NCBI GenBank assembly: GCA_951406725.2
Contig: OX597814.1
Location: 223,634,001-223,698,000 of the forward strand
Direction of reading: 5' to 3'
Length of the DNA: 64,000 nt
Origin: Octopus vulgaris
Lineage: Eukaryota
In this document: positions 14,293 to 28,705 of the stretch, piece by piece
Layout: every line of letters begins with the position of its first letter
How positions within the stretch are numbered: the first letter of the stretch is position 1
Program-made: the position numbers and the translations under genes
The notes under the pieces: model-generated
The model's database searches: none
Told to the model about the DNA's origin: nothing
What the model saw: only the letters and a program-made list of their open reading frames with translations

Positions 14293-15516
14293 TCAGGTCA
14301 TCCCATAAGTTCTGTCCGAATTTTGAATAAAGAAAACAAGTGATTAAATGTTATATTTAATTGAAATTTAATCATCAATGTACTTACCCTGATTATCTAT
14401 GACTTCCTTCCGTCTATTTACAAGCTTTTTAATCCCATCAATGTAAAACTCTTTTGGCTTCAAAGAGAAGAACTCTGAAATGTCAGTTTCGACTTCTTCC
14501 TGTCTTGCGAAAGTTATGTCCCCCAAATGATTCTGTAAAATACGAAACAAATGGTAGTCTGAAGGAGAATGGTCGGGAGAATGAGGTGGATGAGGAATTT
14601 TTTCCCAAACAAGCTCTTCGATCTTCTGTGATGAGATCTTTGCAGTGTGGGGTCATGCATTGTCCTGATGAAACATCAGTCCTTTTCGATTCACTAAAAC
14701 GGGTCTTTTTTTCTTGAAAGATTGATTCAAACGCTCTAATTCCTGACAGTAGACTTGAGTATTGACTGTTGCATTAGGTGGTAACAATTCAAAGTGAATT
14801 ACTCCATTGCAATCCCACCAGATAGAGAGAAGAACCTTTTCCCATGAAGTTCCCTTCTCGGTTGTGGTTGAGCTGTTTCCCTTTTACCAAGCTACTGTTT
14901 ATGACGTTTAACATTTCGATAGAAGATCCATTTTTGTCACCAGTCACAAGTCTATTCAAAAAGGGTGAAATGAGTTCGCATGAGGCACCCATTTTCCAAG
15001 TTTAGGAACCTTTCCAAGTTGTTGAAGATGACGATGAACAGTTGTATAGTTTGAACTAAGCTTTATTGCCAATTCTTCAACTGATAAATCAGGATTTTCT
15101 TCAAGTAATGCCTCAAGGAGCTTATCATCAAACTCAACTTGACGTCCTGTTCGATCTTCATCTTCAAGGCTGAAATCTCGACTTCTGAATTTTGCAAACC
15201 ATCTTCTGCAAGTTCTTTCATTCAAGCATTCTTTCCCATAAACTGAGTGTATGTTTCGAGTCGCTTCGGCTGCAGAGTTTCCTTTTTTGTACTCATAAAG
15301 CATTATGTACCTCAAATATTAGAAAAGGTTTTAATCAAGGAAATTTTAATTCTATCATTATAATTCTATTATTCTGTAAAAATAATATTTAATCAGTTTA
15401 AATGTATACAAATGCATAAAAATAATTTTTTATTCCATTAGACATTCTAAAATACTATTACATTTCATTCAATTTTAAAAAAGGTAAAATCGGACAGAAC
15501 TTATGGGATAACCTGA
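14293..15516 (-). mobile_element. Full-length mariner (Tc1/mariner) DNA transposon
   Basis: 27-bp TIRs TCAGGTCATCCCATAAGTTCTGTCCGA / TCGGACAGAACTTATGGGATAACCTGA (1 mismatch), flanked by TA on both sides, 1224 bp long. Confidence 0.93.
14368..15315 (-). pseudogene. Mariner transposase, frameshifted
   Basis: HTH region (RYIMLYEYKKGNSAAEATRNI...CRRWFAKF), WVPH, VTGD, QDNA, SPDHSPSDYHLF and the C-terminal FYIDGIKKLV...GKYID are spread over several frames. Confidence 0.9.
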
Positions 15517-16017
15517 TATATAGTACGTATTAAATGATTTCAAAATATTACTCTTTGGGGTTACTTAACTATCACAACTAATATATATAAATGTGTGTGT
15601 GTGCGTGTATACGCGCACACACAGATTTATATAAATGGAGAACGGGTGCATATATAGCTTCATATAGATATAATTCTAATTTTCATTTTTAATCTCTATG
15701 AGACTTCGTTGAGGCTAGCGCAGTTTACGTTCAGTTACAACTACGTATCTGCTTATAACTTTGCTTAATGACAGAATTTTGTCGTATACTTTGAGTTCTA
15801 ATACTTAGGTGATATTCTTTTAGTGTTGTAAACTTATTGCAATCAAGGAATCTAGGTCCATAGCATGATCTTTCAATCGTAACAGCAGCAGCATGCAATA
15901 TCATTAGGGCGTGATATTTTATTATTATAATTATTATACCTAACATACTGAACTTGTTGCTGAAGTTCTCATTAATGTAGCGTGTTCATTTCCCATGAAC
16001 TAAGTTGGCATGTTCTT

Positions 16018-16257
<240 letters not shown>

Positions 16258-18802
16258 TCTTTACATAAACATATGTAATTATTAGCATTGAACCCCAGCG
16301 AATGCAAGGATTTGCTCAAATATATTCCGTTAATTGCCTTTATGACTGTCCCTAATTGCAGTTTCAGTAATGCCAGAGAAATGTCAGCAAAATCTACCTA
16401 CCTTGTATATATATATATATATATACATATATAATGTGTGTGTGTGTACATATATATAAACATATACTTGTATACATGTACATACATACATATGTGAGTG
16501 TGTATCTATGTGCATAGTGCTTTTGTTTACATACGCAGGTATATAGATGTGTTTGGAGATGTGTTTATACTCAGGCATATGATGAAAGAACTCGAGATAT
16601 AACAGAAGAATGTTTGTGCAGTTGTATATACACATGAGTGTATTCTATAAATCGATCGATCTATAATTTTCTGCTTATATTCATTTATGTATGCATATAT
16701 ATATATTTATATATATATATTTATATATACACATATATACATATACATGCATATGTGTGTATGTGTGTGTACATATATATAGATAGATACATTGACACAT
16801 ACGTACTTATAAATATATTTATAAGTATTTAGTACTGCAAGAATAAAGTAGTAATTAGACACGGCACTTCGGCAAAGCGGACACACATTTGTACTTCATA
16901 GTTGTCTTGGCACTGTATACATGTGAATCAATAGTTTCTGGAATGTTCTCAACATCCGGTTGCCAAGTGTATACCAAATATAACACAAATTACCAAATTA
17001 TCCATAAATTTTGCTGTTTATTTGAAGGGAAAATATATCAAGATGTTTCTAGTTTGCGCTCAGAATTGTATTAATATCGTAAAATTTATCTGTACAACTA
17101 CTCGCTGCAACCGCCACCGCTGCCGTAGCTAATTTTGTGATGGAGGTAGCCTAGCGCTAGGTCTATTTCTAACTGAGAAAATCTTTAATCTACAGCGTTC
17201 CAGACACGACTACTCTGTCCTTCTCTTAAGTTTTAGATGTGATTTCTAAATAATGGTTTTGTTGCTATGTCTGATATTTTTCAAGCCTATAATTTGTTTC
17301 AAAAGTCACAAAGATGTCATCGTTTTTGTTTAGCCCTAGGTCAACCATTATTTCGCAGATACAGGATCAAAAGCGTTCCCCCTATGACCACTCCATTTTT
17401 TTATGTATCAATATTTTATATTGTCCAATATATTATTCTTTATTTATAACAGAGGAATGTGATTTGAGGTAGATATGACTGCTATTTCTCTCAAGTGGAG
17501 AAACCATCCACAGGCTTCTCCGTTAGCTATTCGGTAGTAATATTGTTGTGGCTCCATATGGAAGAACAGGTTCCAAATCCCGATTTTCATTGGTCCAGTA
17601 AAGTCGATTTTCTAATTCACGTTTACGCCAATATTTCGGTGTGATACTTATATATGAATGTCGAAGTGTTAGCTGTGGGTTTTTATTGGAATTGGAGAAG
17701 TGTATTACGAATATTTTGCTGGATCTCTTTGCGTTCCTTTACTTTTGACTTTGAAACTCACTAGGAATATATCTCTATGATAATCAATTTCTTCGTTTCA
17801 ACCAGATTTCTGATATCCCAGAAAAATCCTTGGTTGATCTCAATGAAAGCCGGTTTTATTCATACAGAAATTCATTTGATATCTGCATTGATTTAAATAA
17901 GATTCGTGTGATTCAGGAAGTTGTGAACGTTTGCATGCAATATCGAATATTAGAAGCCTTGGAGTACAAACATCGAATCAAAATACATTTAGTTGTTTAT
18001 CTCAATACTCGCTAAACTCTATGAAATGAACTGAAATAAATCCTAAAATGAAAGAGAAAACAAATAAGAGGAATTGATTTATATTAAACCAACTCCTTTT
18101 TCTTCTGTTTTTAATTTCATCTTCTCTCTGTGGTAAAGATTCTCAAAAATACACGTCAGAAAGAATGTGTATGCTGGAAGACAGATTACAGTATCGATGC
18201 TTCATAGATAAAAAAGAAAAAGGCTTCAAATTAATGTATTTCAATAAAACTCGATGTCTGCTAGGTTATTGGATTCTTTCGATTAGGCACATGTTCTACT
18301 ATTTGGGGGAAGAAAATAGGGATTTGTGGCGTTCATACGGTTACCAAGAACACTAAAGATGAAAGTTAAATTTATTGCAGCTGAGGCATAAAAGTTTGGA
18401 TTACATTTAATTCAACGAGTGTATGTTTTTTTCTAGTTTCTAATTATTAAATTCAAGGTCTTAGTATTTTAGGAAGTGCAGAAACGAATATATTGTTATA
18501 TTTCGGGATAGTTTTTCTTTTTCATTTTTGCCCAATAACAACAATATTAAATCCGAAGTGAAGAATGGATATCTAGTGCGTGTGTTTATTTGGGAAAAAC
18601 AATGACCGTCCCGAAATATAACAATATCTGTTTCAACACACGGTTCCACATCAGGAATCTTGCAAAACAAATACATAAACGTAAGAGAAACGAAATATTG
18701 TTATGTTAATGTCTTCCTAGCCGATTGTCCTAAACACCATGCAAAATCCGCTTCGTCAGGTGCATATCCATTCTCAGTTGCATCGCAATAGCCTGTTAAG
18801 AT

Positions 18803-19237
18803 TTTCTTTTCTACTCTAGGCACAAGGCACAAAATTTTGGGGGAGGAGGCAAGTCGATTAAATCGACTCCAGTACGCAACTGGTACTTAATTTATCGACC
18901 CCAAAAGGATGAAAAGCAAAGTCAACCTCGGTGGAATTTAAACTCAGAATGTAAAGACACGTAATACTGTTAAGCATGCCGCCCGGTGTGCTAACGTTTC
19001 TTATTTCTTTACTGTCCACAAAGGGCTACGTACAGAGGGGACAAACAAGGACAGACAAACGGATTAAGTCGATTATATCGATCCCAGTGCGTAACTGGTA
19101 ATTATTTAATCGACTCCGAAAGGATGAAAGGCAAAGTCGACCTCGTAGGAATTTGAACTCAGAACGTAGCGGCAGACGAAATACCGCTAAGCATTCCACC
19201 CGGCGTGCTAACGTTTCTGCCAGCTCACCGCCTTAAT
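18803..19237 (-). mobile_element. Nested or dimeric SINE family B with TSD
   Basis: Two B cores with a junction at 19000/19001 after GCTAACGTTTC. The whole unit is flanked by the direct repeat CTGTTAAGAT (18793-18802, 19238-19247). Confidence 0.85.
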
Positions 19238-20963
19238 CTGTTAAGATATTACCTCCTTACCTAACTAAAAGCCACCCAAACCATTTCTTTTGTAAATGTG
19301 ACATATTGTGACTTTATGCACTGCTGGTAGTAACGTTATTCCCTGCGAAGAAACTTAAGTAAAGTGTAACACTTGTAGAATTTAAATTGAGGCTCTACTA
19401 ATAATCACAACCTTACTATCATGTAAAATATACGATTATTTTTTTGACAAGGAAGCAACTCGTGTACTCCAAGAAAATAATAAATAGGAACAGTTGACAT
19501 TCATACCTTTCTAGAGGATACTAAGAAACGTGAAATACCTGCAACTGTTGAAACTATTTACCTCTTGTTCAAACGTTCTCTCTGCATTGTTAGAAAGTTG
19601 ATTTATTTTCATTTAGTGAGAAATTTAACATTTGTAATCGAGGTCTTGATCTCGGTGTAGGATATTCAATTACGAGGCACGCCTATGCGGTCGGAAATTG
19701 CAGACCAGACAAATATCCCCCAAAGCGCAGTCTAATATGTTAAAAACCGAATGGCGCATTGTACACGATAGTCTCAAATATACAAACAGGTGAGGCTCAT
19801 GGTTGGATTATCTTTCACTCTAAGTCTACTCGAACAGGGCTAGCCTTGTGTTAAACAGCATTAACAATTTCTACTTATTTTATTGACATTGGAGAAGTGA
19901 AAAGTATGATCAATGCCAGTAAGAAATATATCCAGGACCGGGGTGGATGGCAGCGTGTATCATAAGTGTTTTATTATTTTTTTTATCTACTTGACTTTTG
20001 ATGAGAGTAACACTATGAAGATTGAATCGTTCTCACGATACAGTTTGTACATTTTCATTGAGCTTCTGGTAATATAAAACAAATACAAAGTCCAGCAGGA
20101 TTTGAATTAAGAGTTCAGGAGATAACCAAACACTTTACTGGATATCTTTACTGCTCTACAAGCAATACTATTACCTCTAAACTGATAAGTAACAAATAAA
20201 CATGACCTCCACCTCTTAGTCTGGTTCACTATCGAATCGGAAAATGCGACTCACAAAGGTTAAAGAGCAAAGTTTACTACTTTTGGATTTGTTTTACACA
20301 TCAAATACGTTAATATTTTCTGAAAGGTACTAAGAAACAATTTTTGTACTGACATTTGGAAATGGCATGAAAACATTTAATATTCTTCTAACTTCCTTAA
20401 CTACTATTACTGGATTTAGATGGCATTTACCAAATTCAACTGAGAATGTCTAGTGATTTAGAAACAAGATGACAGTTATTGTTATCGAATTATTTTATGA
20501 GAATTGTTGAGACATAGTCCTAGCATAGTAACTAGTATTTCGTACAGTTAATCTTTTGACATAGGACTGAGAGTTTATAATAGAATTTTTTTTTCTTCTG
20601 GAGGGTGTTGACTAACCTTTTATTGCATTATCATAGTTGAGATATATTTCTTCAATTGGTGTAGATTGAACTGACAGTAACTTTAGAACATTGGATTGTT
20701 TGTATTAAAGTTTTCAGCATTATTTCTTTGTATTTCAGTTCAAATCCCACCAGTGAGATGATGAAATAGATTCAGTAGAAAACTTAATTTTTTTTTTCAA
20801 AAAATGTGTGCCTGTACCCTAATAAGAAATCTTCCAAGGAACTAGATTATAGAATAGCCAGAACTGTATAATACCAAACAAAATCTCAAGCAACATCTTG
20901 TCACATCTCTTTGCATTCATAGGAATCGAGCGCCATACTGATGTAGATCTAATTCACTTGATT

Positions 20964-21009
<46 letters not shown>

Positions 21010-22170
21010 GAGTGTGAGTGTGTGTTTAAGTATATATGTATGTATATGTATTTTTGTGATTTTTATTATTTTTTCTGTTAAAATCATATAAGAAAATACT
21101 TTAAATATAGTACAGATTTTAAAAATTCAATGGTTCGTTGATGATTTTGCGTAATATTGGTATAACACTAATAGATTTTTTACAATCACTACTGGTAAAT
21201 TAGTGTTTATTCGTTCACTAAGAAAACAAATATGCAAGTGAATACTTATGTTGTGAACGACAGAAAAACGTTTGGTGCCGGATACAAGAACTCTCAACCA
21301 TTTGTAAAATGTTATCCAGTCGACTACTTTCCTCCTAAATTTAAAATTATGTAAAGTAAAAATAAATATAATAATGTATGATTTGTGATAAGACTATAAC
21401 TTGGTGAATTTCTTTGATGTGTTGGAATGCGCAGACATAATCATCTCGGCAATATAAAGAAATAAAGGAAAGTGGATAATAGCAGGTAGATAATGATGTT
21501 GTTTGTAAGTAAAATCATATTGTACTTTTGTAATGATACAATGGCATGCAGACACTGGAAATCAGATTTGTGCTACCGCAAATGTTATCTGCTAACCGCG
21601 TTTTGTAAATGAATATAACGAGGTTATATTCTTTTTATTGCATTGTATTCAGTTCTGCATATACGTGTACATTAATATGCGTGAAAGAAATTTATCTTTA
21701 AATTGATCAGAAAGATGTTACCCACCCACTTGTCATAAGTCTAAGTTTCTCTTGCTTCAGGCAAATAATAGTATTATTGATAAACAACCTTCCATAATGA
21801 AGATAACAATCCGCAATCATCTTATTTTCCTAAAATTATCTCTTGTATTCTGTCTTTTATTATATATCTGACGATAGAATGTGATTTATCAAATGACTTC
21901 TTTCATTTGGTCGTTTCGATGGTCATATTGCGATGGTCTTTCATTTGGAGTGTTCCGATGGTCATATTGCGAGCGCTTGTATCATGGACAATTCACGCAA
22001 GTATATTTGAAATGTACATTAATATCAATTTGATTTTATGAAACATAAACCAGACCAAAAAATACAGAAAAGGCTGAAATCAACAGCGACTGTATTTTTG
22101 GCCAATAATTTAAATTGATAAGATTGCATTTATGAAAGAAGATATTTGGAATGGAAGAAACTTCCATTAA

Positions 22171-22389
22171 CCCTTTCCTTACTGTGTTTATTTGAGACGC
22201 TCTGTGCTTCTTTCAATTACTTTAAATATAACAAAGATTTTAGTAAAATAACTTAGTTATCATTCAGCTAGTGTTGGGAACATAAATTGTGACTAAGGTT
22301 TGGTGGAAGATTTTAGTTCAAAACTTTTGAAAACAAGACATTTATACTCAGAGCCAGAGCCGGTTTCAGCCGGGTTGGTAACGAAAGGT
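22171..22389. mobile_element. Putative MITE (piggyBac-like ends)
   Basis: TTAA|CCCTTTCCTTAC at the left and GGTAACGAAAGG at the right form an imperfect TIR. The right TTAA is missing. Hairpin CCGGTTTCAGCCGG lies near the right end. Confidence 0.4.
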
Positions 22390-22989
22390 GCCGTTCTTTA
22401 ATATTTTGTTGGCTGTAATTTATGCTGCAGACAATTTCTAGCAAACTTACAGCCTCTATATCAGGAATGGTTATGTGAACCATTCTTAACGAAAGTCAGA
22501 GCTTCCTTCGACCACTAGATAAAAAGTATTAAGAAACAATGTTATTTAGATATAGTTTTATTGTAGCTGTTTACATTATTTTATGCTTGTTTATACTCTT
22601 ATACGTTCAACGTTCTCAAATTTCCTTATTTCAATTATGAATCATATTCTTTTAGATAATATCAATATGATTGCAAAACTTCTTTGTAGGCGATATTTTC
22701 TGTTTGGTGGACACATACCATGTGTAAACATCAGAGTGGGTAAATATACACCTAAACGATCTAAAGTCTGGCCCTGTGCCTTGCTTGCTGTGAATCTTTA
22801 GGATTGTAAAAAATCCAACAAAGACTTACCCTCCACTATTCTGTGCGAATAATGTCTAGATTTTCTGGTACCAAGGGTTATTTTAATTGACAAGATTGTG
22901 ATGTAAACAACAACTGCTTCGATTAGCTGTTTCGAAACCTGCTCGAGACTGACACACTTAAATAACCACTAAATAATCCCCCACACTAT

Positions 22990-23651
22990 ATATTAACACG
23001 CGTTTTTCATTTTATTTTCGCTGTTAACCGTCGTCGCCACCCTTTTCGTATCTACGATGGGGCCACGAACTATACGATGAAAATCCAAAAGTTACTCGTG
23101 GTCGGTGAATTTTTGATAAAAATGCGAAAGTGGTTTGTCAATTCAAAAATCGATATCCACGAAATAATCATAGTTTCTGATTATTTTTTAATGCTAAAAA
23201 CCTTCCTGGCGTCTTTGTAATCCCGAAATATATCGTAACCATTGGCCCAGCCGTGTGGCCGTGAAGAGGGAACAAAGTGACGGACAGACAGCCGGACATA
23301 ACGCCCATTATAGTAAGATAGAAAATCTGCCCATCAACAATGGGAAATAAAGGTGTAGTATCGCAAATCTAAACCCTCTAAATTCACGAACTATACAGGG
23401 GTGAAATACAGAGTTAATCCTCGTCGCAGCAATTTAAAAAATAAAAAAATCAAAGGTGATCTATTAGTACAAAACTCAGATCCAGTAAATAATCATACTT
23501 TTCCACATTTGTTTTCGCTAAAAACCTTCCTGGTTACCTCTTTTGTCATCCTGAAAAACATCGTGACCATTGGTCCCAGCCGTCTGACCGTGAAAAGGGA
23601 ACATACAGACACACGGACAGATAGACGGACATGACTACCATTATAGTAAGA
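22990..23651 (-). mobile_element. Two tandem related repeats, possibly Helitron-like
   Basis: Blocks GCTAAAAACCTTCCTGG...CCATTGG(T)CCCAGCCGT...CGGACAT...CCATTATAGTAAGA occur twice (about 23190-23318 and 23515-23651). The minus-strand start TCTTACTAT resembles a Helitron 5' end. Boundaries are uncertain. Confidence 0.45.
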
Positions 23652-24949
23652 CTTATGTATCTATCACAAGCGGATATTTTGGTGAGAAGAACAACCATAT
23701 CATAAACATGAAATATTGGAGATTATAGGGACCCTCCGAAAAAGGACCCATCCGAAGCATTGGTTTTATATTACCGCATTTCATACTAACTTGTAGTTGT
23801 TAATTTTTTTATTTTCAAGCGACGAAGTTTCAGCAGTTTGTTTCGTGTAATTACTATTGAATGGTCAACACATTTACCTTCCTAATAAGAAGACCCTGTA
23901 TACCCGACAGTAAATTGTTACAACATAGAAGAGCCTCACTACACTAAACGATCGTTGCAAGGTGAGACTGGCAGATGTTACAATAATTTCTAGTTCTGAG
24001 TTCATCTCACGAGTGTGTATTGTATGTTTCTTTGCTTTTCTTTTTCTTTTCAATGACTAAGCAGAGAAGAAGTGAGTGTGCTTATCACCTTTCTCGTGGA
24101 TTCTGTGACTGAAGGAGCGAAAGTAGAATGTTATTCTCAAGCAGAAGGCTTTTTAAAAATTATTGCTAATGGTAACCAACAACTACGTGGCAGTGCTCCT
24201 TTTAATTTTTAGTTGTCAGAGTAAACACAACCTTTATGTTGTGTAAATGTTTTCCTTCTGACAAAATTATGGGCACATTAAAAGCTTCTGCAAATATAAA
24301 CTCAAAATCGTTTCAACAGAAACCTAAATGGCATCTTGAAAAAAAGAGAAAAATCTGGAAAAAGAGAAGGATAAAAGAAGGCAGAGGTGAAGAAAAGTTG
24401 TAATAGATAGAGGTGAAGGATGAGTGAATGAATACGAGGAGGTGGTGGTTACAATGGCGTTGTTGACTGAGTCATAATGGTAATGATAGCCCAGAAGGTG
24501 TTACTCAATACTGAATAATCTAGTTTAGGACCGTTAATTGACTCTTGTCCGCTACATACATTTAGGCCATGTCTCCAGTTTGGTAACTTTTCTCAGATTG
24601 ATTCATTATACTAAAATCTAACCCATAATCCACACTAAATACGCAAAAGATTCTCCCAATCTCCAATAACTTTGCGATATCTTAAATTGTTCATTTTGAG
24701 GTACAACTGCCACAACCTGACTAGAGGTTGGAATTTGCATTAATTTTTTATTTCAATAGAATTTTGTAATCATTAAATTACTTAAAACCATGTTATTTTA
24801 GGTGGAAAATTATAATATTTCATGCATACGTCAATAATTTATTCATCACCAGATGTGAAGTCATAATCTGCAAATGCACAAAGGTCAAAAATGAACTGTT
24901 CTTGTACCTCATTTTTGGGAAACTTTTAATGAAAATGAACTCAAAGACA

Positions 24950-25600
24950 ATTTATATCAGTCAGCAGTAAGCTTGTATTTACAGTTTTCTTTACTTTGTT
25001 GGCAGAGCAAAACTTTAATGTTATCATTCTGCCAAACATTGTCTTTCACATACTGGTTTCTTATCGTGTTAATTTTGCCTTGCGCAAAATGTATTGAATC
25101 AATCGTTGTCAGACTCTCTTTTACAGATTCTTATAAAGTGTAGTCAGCTCTTCAAAGACATCTTTTAAACCTGTATTGTATGTGATGTTTATCAATTTCT
25201 TACGACAGATTTCAGCCGCAGGGTTATTTTGACTTATCTTTTTCAAAATATGTGATCAATAACTCATAATTTTATTATAGTATTTCTGCCTTCAATGCCA
25301 CGAGTCTACATAATTATTTGACTTCATTGAGTTGTCTATAAGTAACGGCTTCATTTACAGTGGCTTCTAGAATTTGTTCAAAGTTAAATCTTTTAGATGC
25401 AGATCGATCAAACGCAGTATAGATTGTCTTCATCAAAGTTTCTTATTAGATTGGACTCTTTCTTTGTATCACAAATCCTCATCTCTTTGTGTTGTGCTTC
25501 ACAGCTTCTCTGATTAAATGTGCTGCGACACTACTAACTCTACCCAACATTACTGACGATCCAAAAACATACACATCACCATTTTTTTAGTAAAACCACT
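24950..25600 (-). pseudogene. Degenerate hAT-superfamily transposase fragment
   Basis: Manual minus-strand translation with stops gives FGSSVMLGRVSSVAAHL ... LMKTIYTAFDRSASKR ... LNEVK*LCRLVALKA. This resembles the hAT DGASVMLG, IYxxFxxSxxR and EVRWLSR motifs. Confidence 0.5.
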
Positions 25601-26289
25601 TCGTTTCTAAAGCAAAAAAATAGCCAAACTGAACTGTTTTAGAAAAATGTTTTATACACTGTACAAGCTTTAAATCTAAAATTGAAATACAGAATGCGAC
25701 ATTTGATGACCGATATATTTGTGGTTTCGCCAACTGTTATAATGTGGAAATCCACTGATATTATTTATTCGAACAATTTCTGAACAATATAGTTGATAGC
25801 CTCAAGAAATCCTAATCAAGTATATTTTCCTTCCCCGGCTCTCTGCGAGCTGAGTATACGTTACATGTCTACTAACGTACTAAATATGAAGAGTAAGTTG
25901 TTTCTTTTAACAGTTAACCACAGACTGTCGATAAGAAGTTTGAACTTACTTAGAATTTATAGTTTTTTCTCTCACTCCCACTCACTCTCACTGTTTCAGA
26001 TTTATTATCAAGAGCTCATAATGCAACAGATTAAAAACTAGCCAATAGCATACTTTTCTTCTGATAAGAGACTCGTATTCAGAGTAGGCCAAAATTCACG
26101 CACAATGTAAGTTCAATACGCACCGGAGTTGTCAAAGACATGCTTCAATTATTCTAAAATTAAATAACTTATAACTGGGACGGCATCCTAAATCCTGTTA
26201 TTATCTTTCTTGTTTTCCTGTCTATTTTGATTAGTTGTTTTAGAGCCCAGTTAAGAATATTTTATCAGTAACTTATAGCTGGGAAGGCT

Positions 26290-26872
26290 AGAATATATTC
26301 ATTGACACGACAGAGTTGGGACCTATATACACTGGAAGCTATGCCAACACTATAGAATAACAACAGAAAAAAGTTGGTTTAGACATACGCCAGAAAAGGT
26401 CACAGAAAATGAGAAAGCAACCATACTCTGGAATATGCCAATACACAGGTAAAGAAAGACCAGTGTCCCGGATATAGTTGTCAGAGATCACCTAGAAAAA
26501 ATGCTTTCTAATCGATGAATCAATACCAACGTTTCTCTAAAAGAAACGGAGAACATTTCAAAATACAAAGATCTGGAAATATAGGTAACTCCAATGTGGG
26601 GTCTGAAAACAGAAATAGTTCTTATTATAGTAGGCGCATTAGGTACGATAAAAAAGACCTTCAGACAAATACATAACAAAAATACCAGGACTAACGCGTA
26701 TATATAACATACATAAAGTAGTCCTACTAAGCACCGCACACATCCTACGTAAAACACTTTCAATACAGTAACTATAAGAGCATCACAACAAACCACAGCA
26801 TGTACTCAAGGCGCACAGAGCTGCGCTGGTTAGTGAAGTGAAAGCGCGTGATAAAAATAAGACAACTGAATA
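26290..26872 (+). pseudogene. R4/Dong-like LINE 3' fragment (RLE domain plus 3' UTR)
   Basis: Remnants of PDIVV, KYKDLE, IIVGALG and LLSTAHILRKTLSIQ. Same family as 10895-12410. Confidence 0.75.
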
Positions 26873-27084
26873 ATGATATAAGATATGTAAGATCTCTCCT
26901 GTCGTCTCCAAGTTCTTACAAGGTAGCATGGCCATGTGGAACACACGTTTCCTTCTATTCCATAGTAATGGGATGAGCTAATCCAACAACATCAACATCA
27001 AACGCGGTCTCCATTACGCTTTTGCATGGCACTGATCCCACTTTCAAACGAACTGAATGACACCAAAATTTAGAACACAAAAAC

Positions 27085-27242
27085 AAACTATCTGTTTTAT
27101 TTACATTATTTACAATCGACGGATATTTGTCCTCATCTTGTTTGTTGTTAACACAACGTTTCGGCTGATATATTCTCCAGCTTTCATCAGGTGTCTTGGG
27201 GAAATTTCGAACCTGGGTTCTCATTCCTATTGTATTTTTCGA
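27085..27242 (-). mobile_element. Penelope-like pLTR remnant containing a minimal hammerhead ribozyme motif (27151-27194)
   Basis: The minus strand reads ACAC-CTGATGA-AAGCTGG..TCAGCC-GAAAC-GTT-GTGT, giving the hammerhead core with stem I (ACAC/GTGT), stem II and a palindromic AACGTT stem III. Confidence 0.65.
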
Positions 27243-27247
27243 TGTTG

Positions 27248-27311
<64 letters not shown>

Positions 27312-27399
27312 CATTATTATTATTCAGGTTACTGCTTGGAATCGAACTTGGAATCTTGGGGTTAGTAGCCCGTGATCTTAACAACTACGCCATATGCCC

Positions 27400-28010
27400 G
27401 TGGTGAAATGACAGATGGGCAGAAGGCAATCTACGACAGAATAAAGGAAACGCTACAGGAGAACGATGGCGACATTATTTGCAACTTTAAAAAGGTTGGT
27501 CGGTGGAAATTAAACCAAGAAACGAAAAATGTAATTCTAGGATACATCAGAGCAAAAATACCGGGCACTGAACAGGAAGTATGATATTGAAAGAAAGGGC
27601 CTGAAAGTGGTAATGGAGGAACTGAAACAGCGTCTCGTTACAAAGAAAGGAAAGATATAACCAAAGAATGAAGGGATACCAGCAGAATATGTTATTCAGC
27701 GCAGATCAGAAGAGATTCTACAAAGAAATAAATGGAGGGTGTACTGATGGAAAGTTGATACCAGATAACATTGAAAGTCAAAGGTTTTGGACTGACATCT
27801 GGAGCAAAGACAAGGAGCCCAAGAAGGATGCTGAATGGTTGCAAGAACTGAAGCAAACAGCAGTCTGTCCACAACAGGCAGAACTAGTCATTTCAGTTAG
27901 GGAAGTGAAGGAAATCAGCAAAAAAAGGAAGGCCCCGGGACCAGATGGGCTTCAGAGCTACTGGATCAAAAGATTTGGTGAATGTGATGCACGAATAGCT
28001 GCACAACACC
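27400..28010 (+). pseudogene. R4/Dong-like LINE internal fragment (upstream of RT)
   Basis: ORF 27668 contains QNMLFSADQKRFYKEI, FWTDIWS and KAPGPDGLQSYWIKRF, typical of the pre-RT region of non-LTR elements. Confidence 0.75.
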
Positions 28011-28029
28011 TTGTAAATACCTACCAAGC

Positions 28030-28690
28030 GGGATGGGCTACTCGACCTGAAGAAAATTCTGAACCCCACCTGCAAGGTCATAAGCTGTTTATCTAGATAT
28101 GAGAGCACCAAATCGCGCACATATTGTTGTGATGCATGTACCTGGTGTACTCTTATCAGACGGGTAGTTATCATGAGTATATTGCGCTTTTTTCCCATGC
28201 CATCTTGATGGCATGGGAAAAAAATAATAATAATAAAAGATGGGCTAAAGCAAATATTCTGCTCAACACCACAGCTTTACTTGTGAGTTGTTTGACTTGA
28301 ACCAGCTGAACATGTCCCTTAGTGGTTGGCGATATGTGCATTTCTGATCACGACAAGAAAAAGAGAAGTATCATACCCATCTGTTGAGGGGAATTCTTTG
28401 GGGTTTGAATAATTCACCTCTGGAAACAAGTGTTTCGTTCATCTTCCTTAAACAACCCTTTTTCAGGGACCTTTTGAGCGCGATAGACACTCGACCTGAA
28501 TAAAATTCTAATTGGGCCCTACCTGCAAGGTCATGGATTGCTTACCTTGATATGAGATCACCAAATCGCGCATGTGATGGTTGTGATGCATGTGCCTGGT
28601 GTACCCTTATCGGGCGGGTAGGCAAGATGGGTAATATTGCGCTTCGTATATTTTACCCCAGTGTCACTTTAATATCATGCGCAGCCCTCC
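28030..28690. repeat. Unclassified interspersed repeat with a local duplication
   Basis: A block of about 150 bp (CTCGACCTGAA..CCTGCAAGGTCAT..GATATGAGA.CACCAAATCGCGCA..CTTATC) occurs at about 28030-28175 and 28480-28630. Confidence 0.6.
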
Positions 28691-28705
28691 CATTCAATCA
28701 TAATA

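Noticed and set aside
21898-21972. Two-copy tandem duplication of about 38 bp (TCTTTCATTTGG...CGATGGTCATATTGCGA)
   Set aside because: An ordinary local slippage duplication with only two units and no spacer structure.
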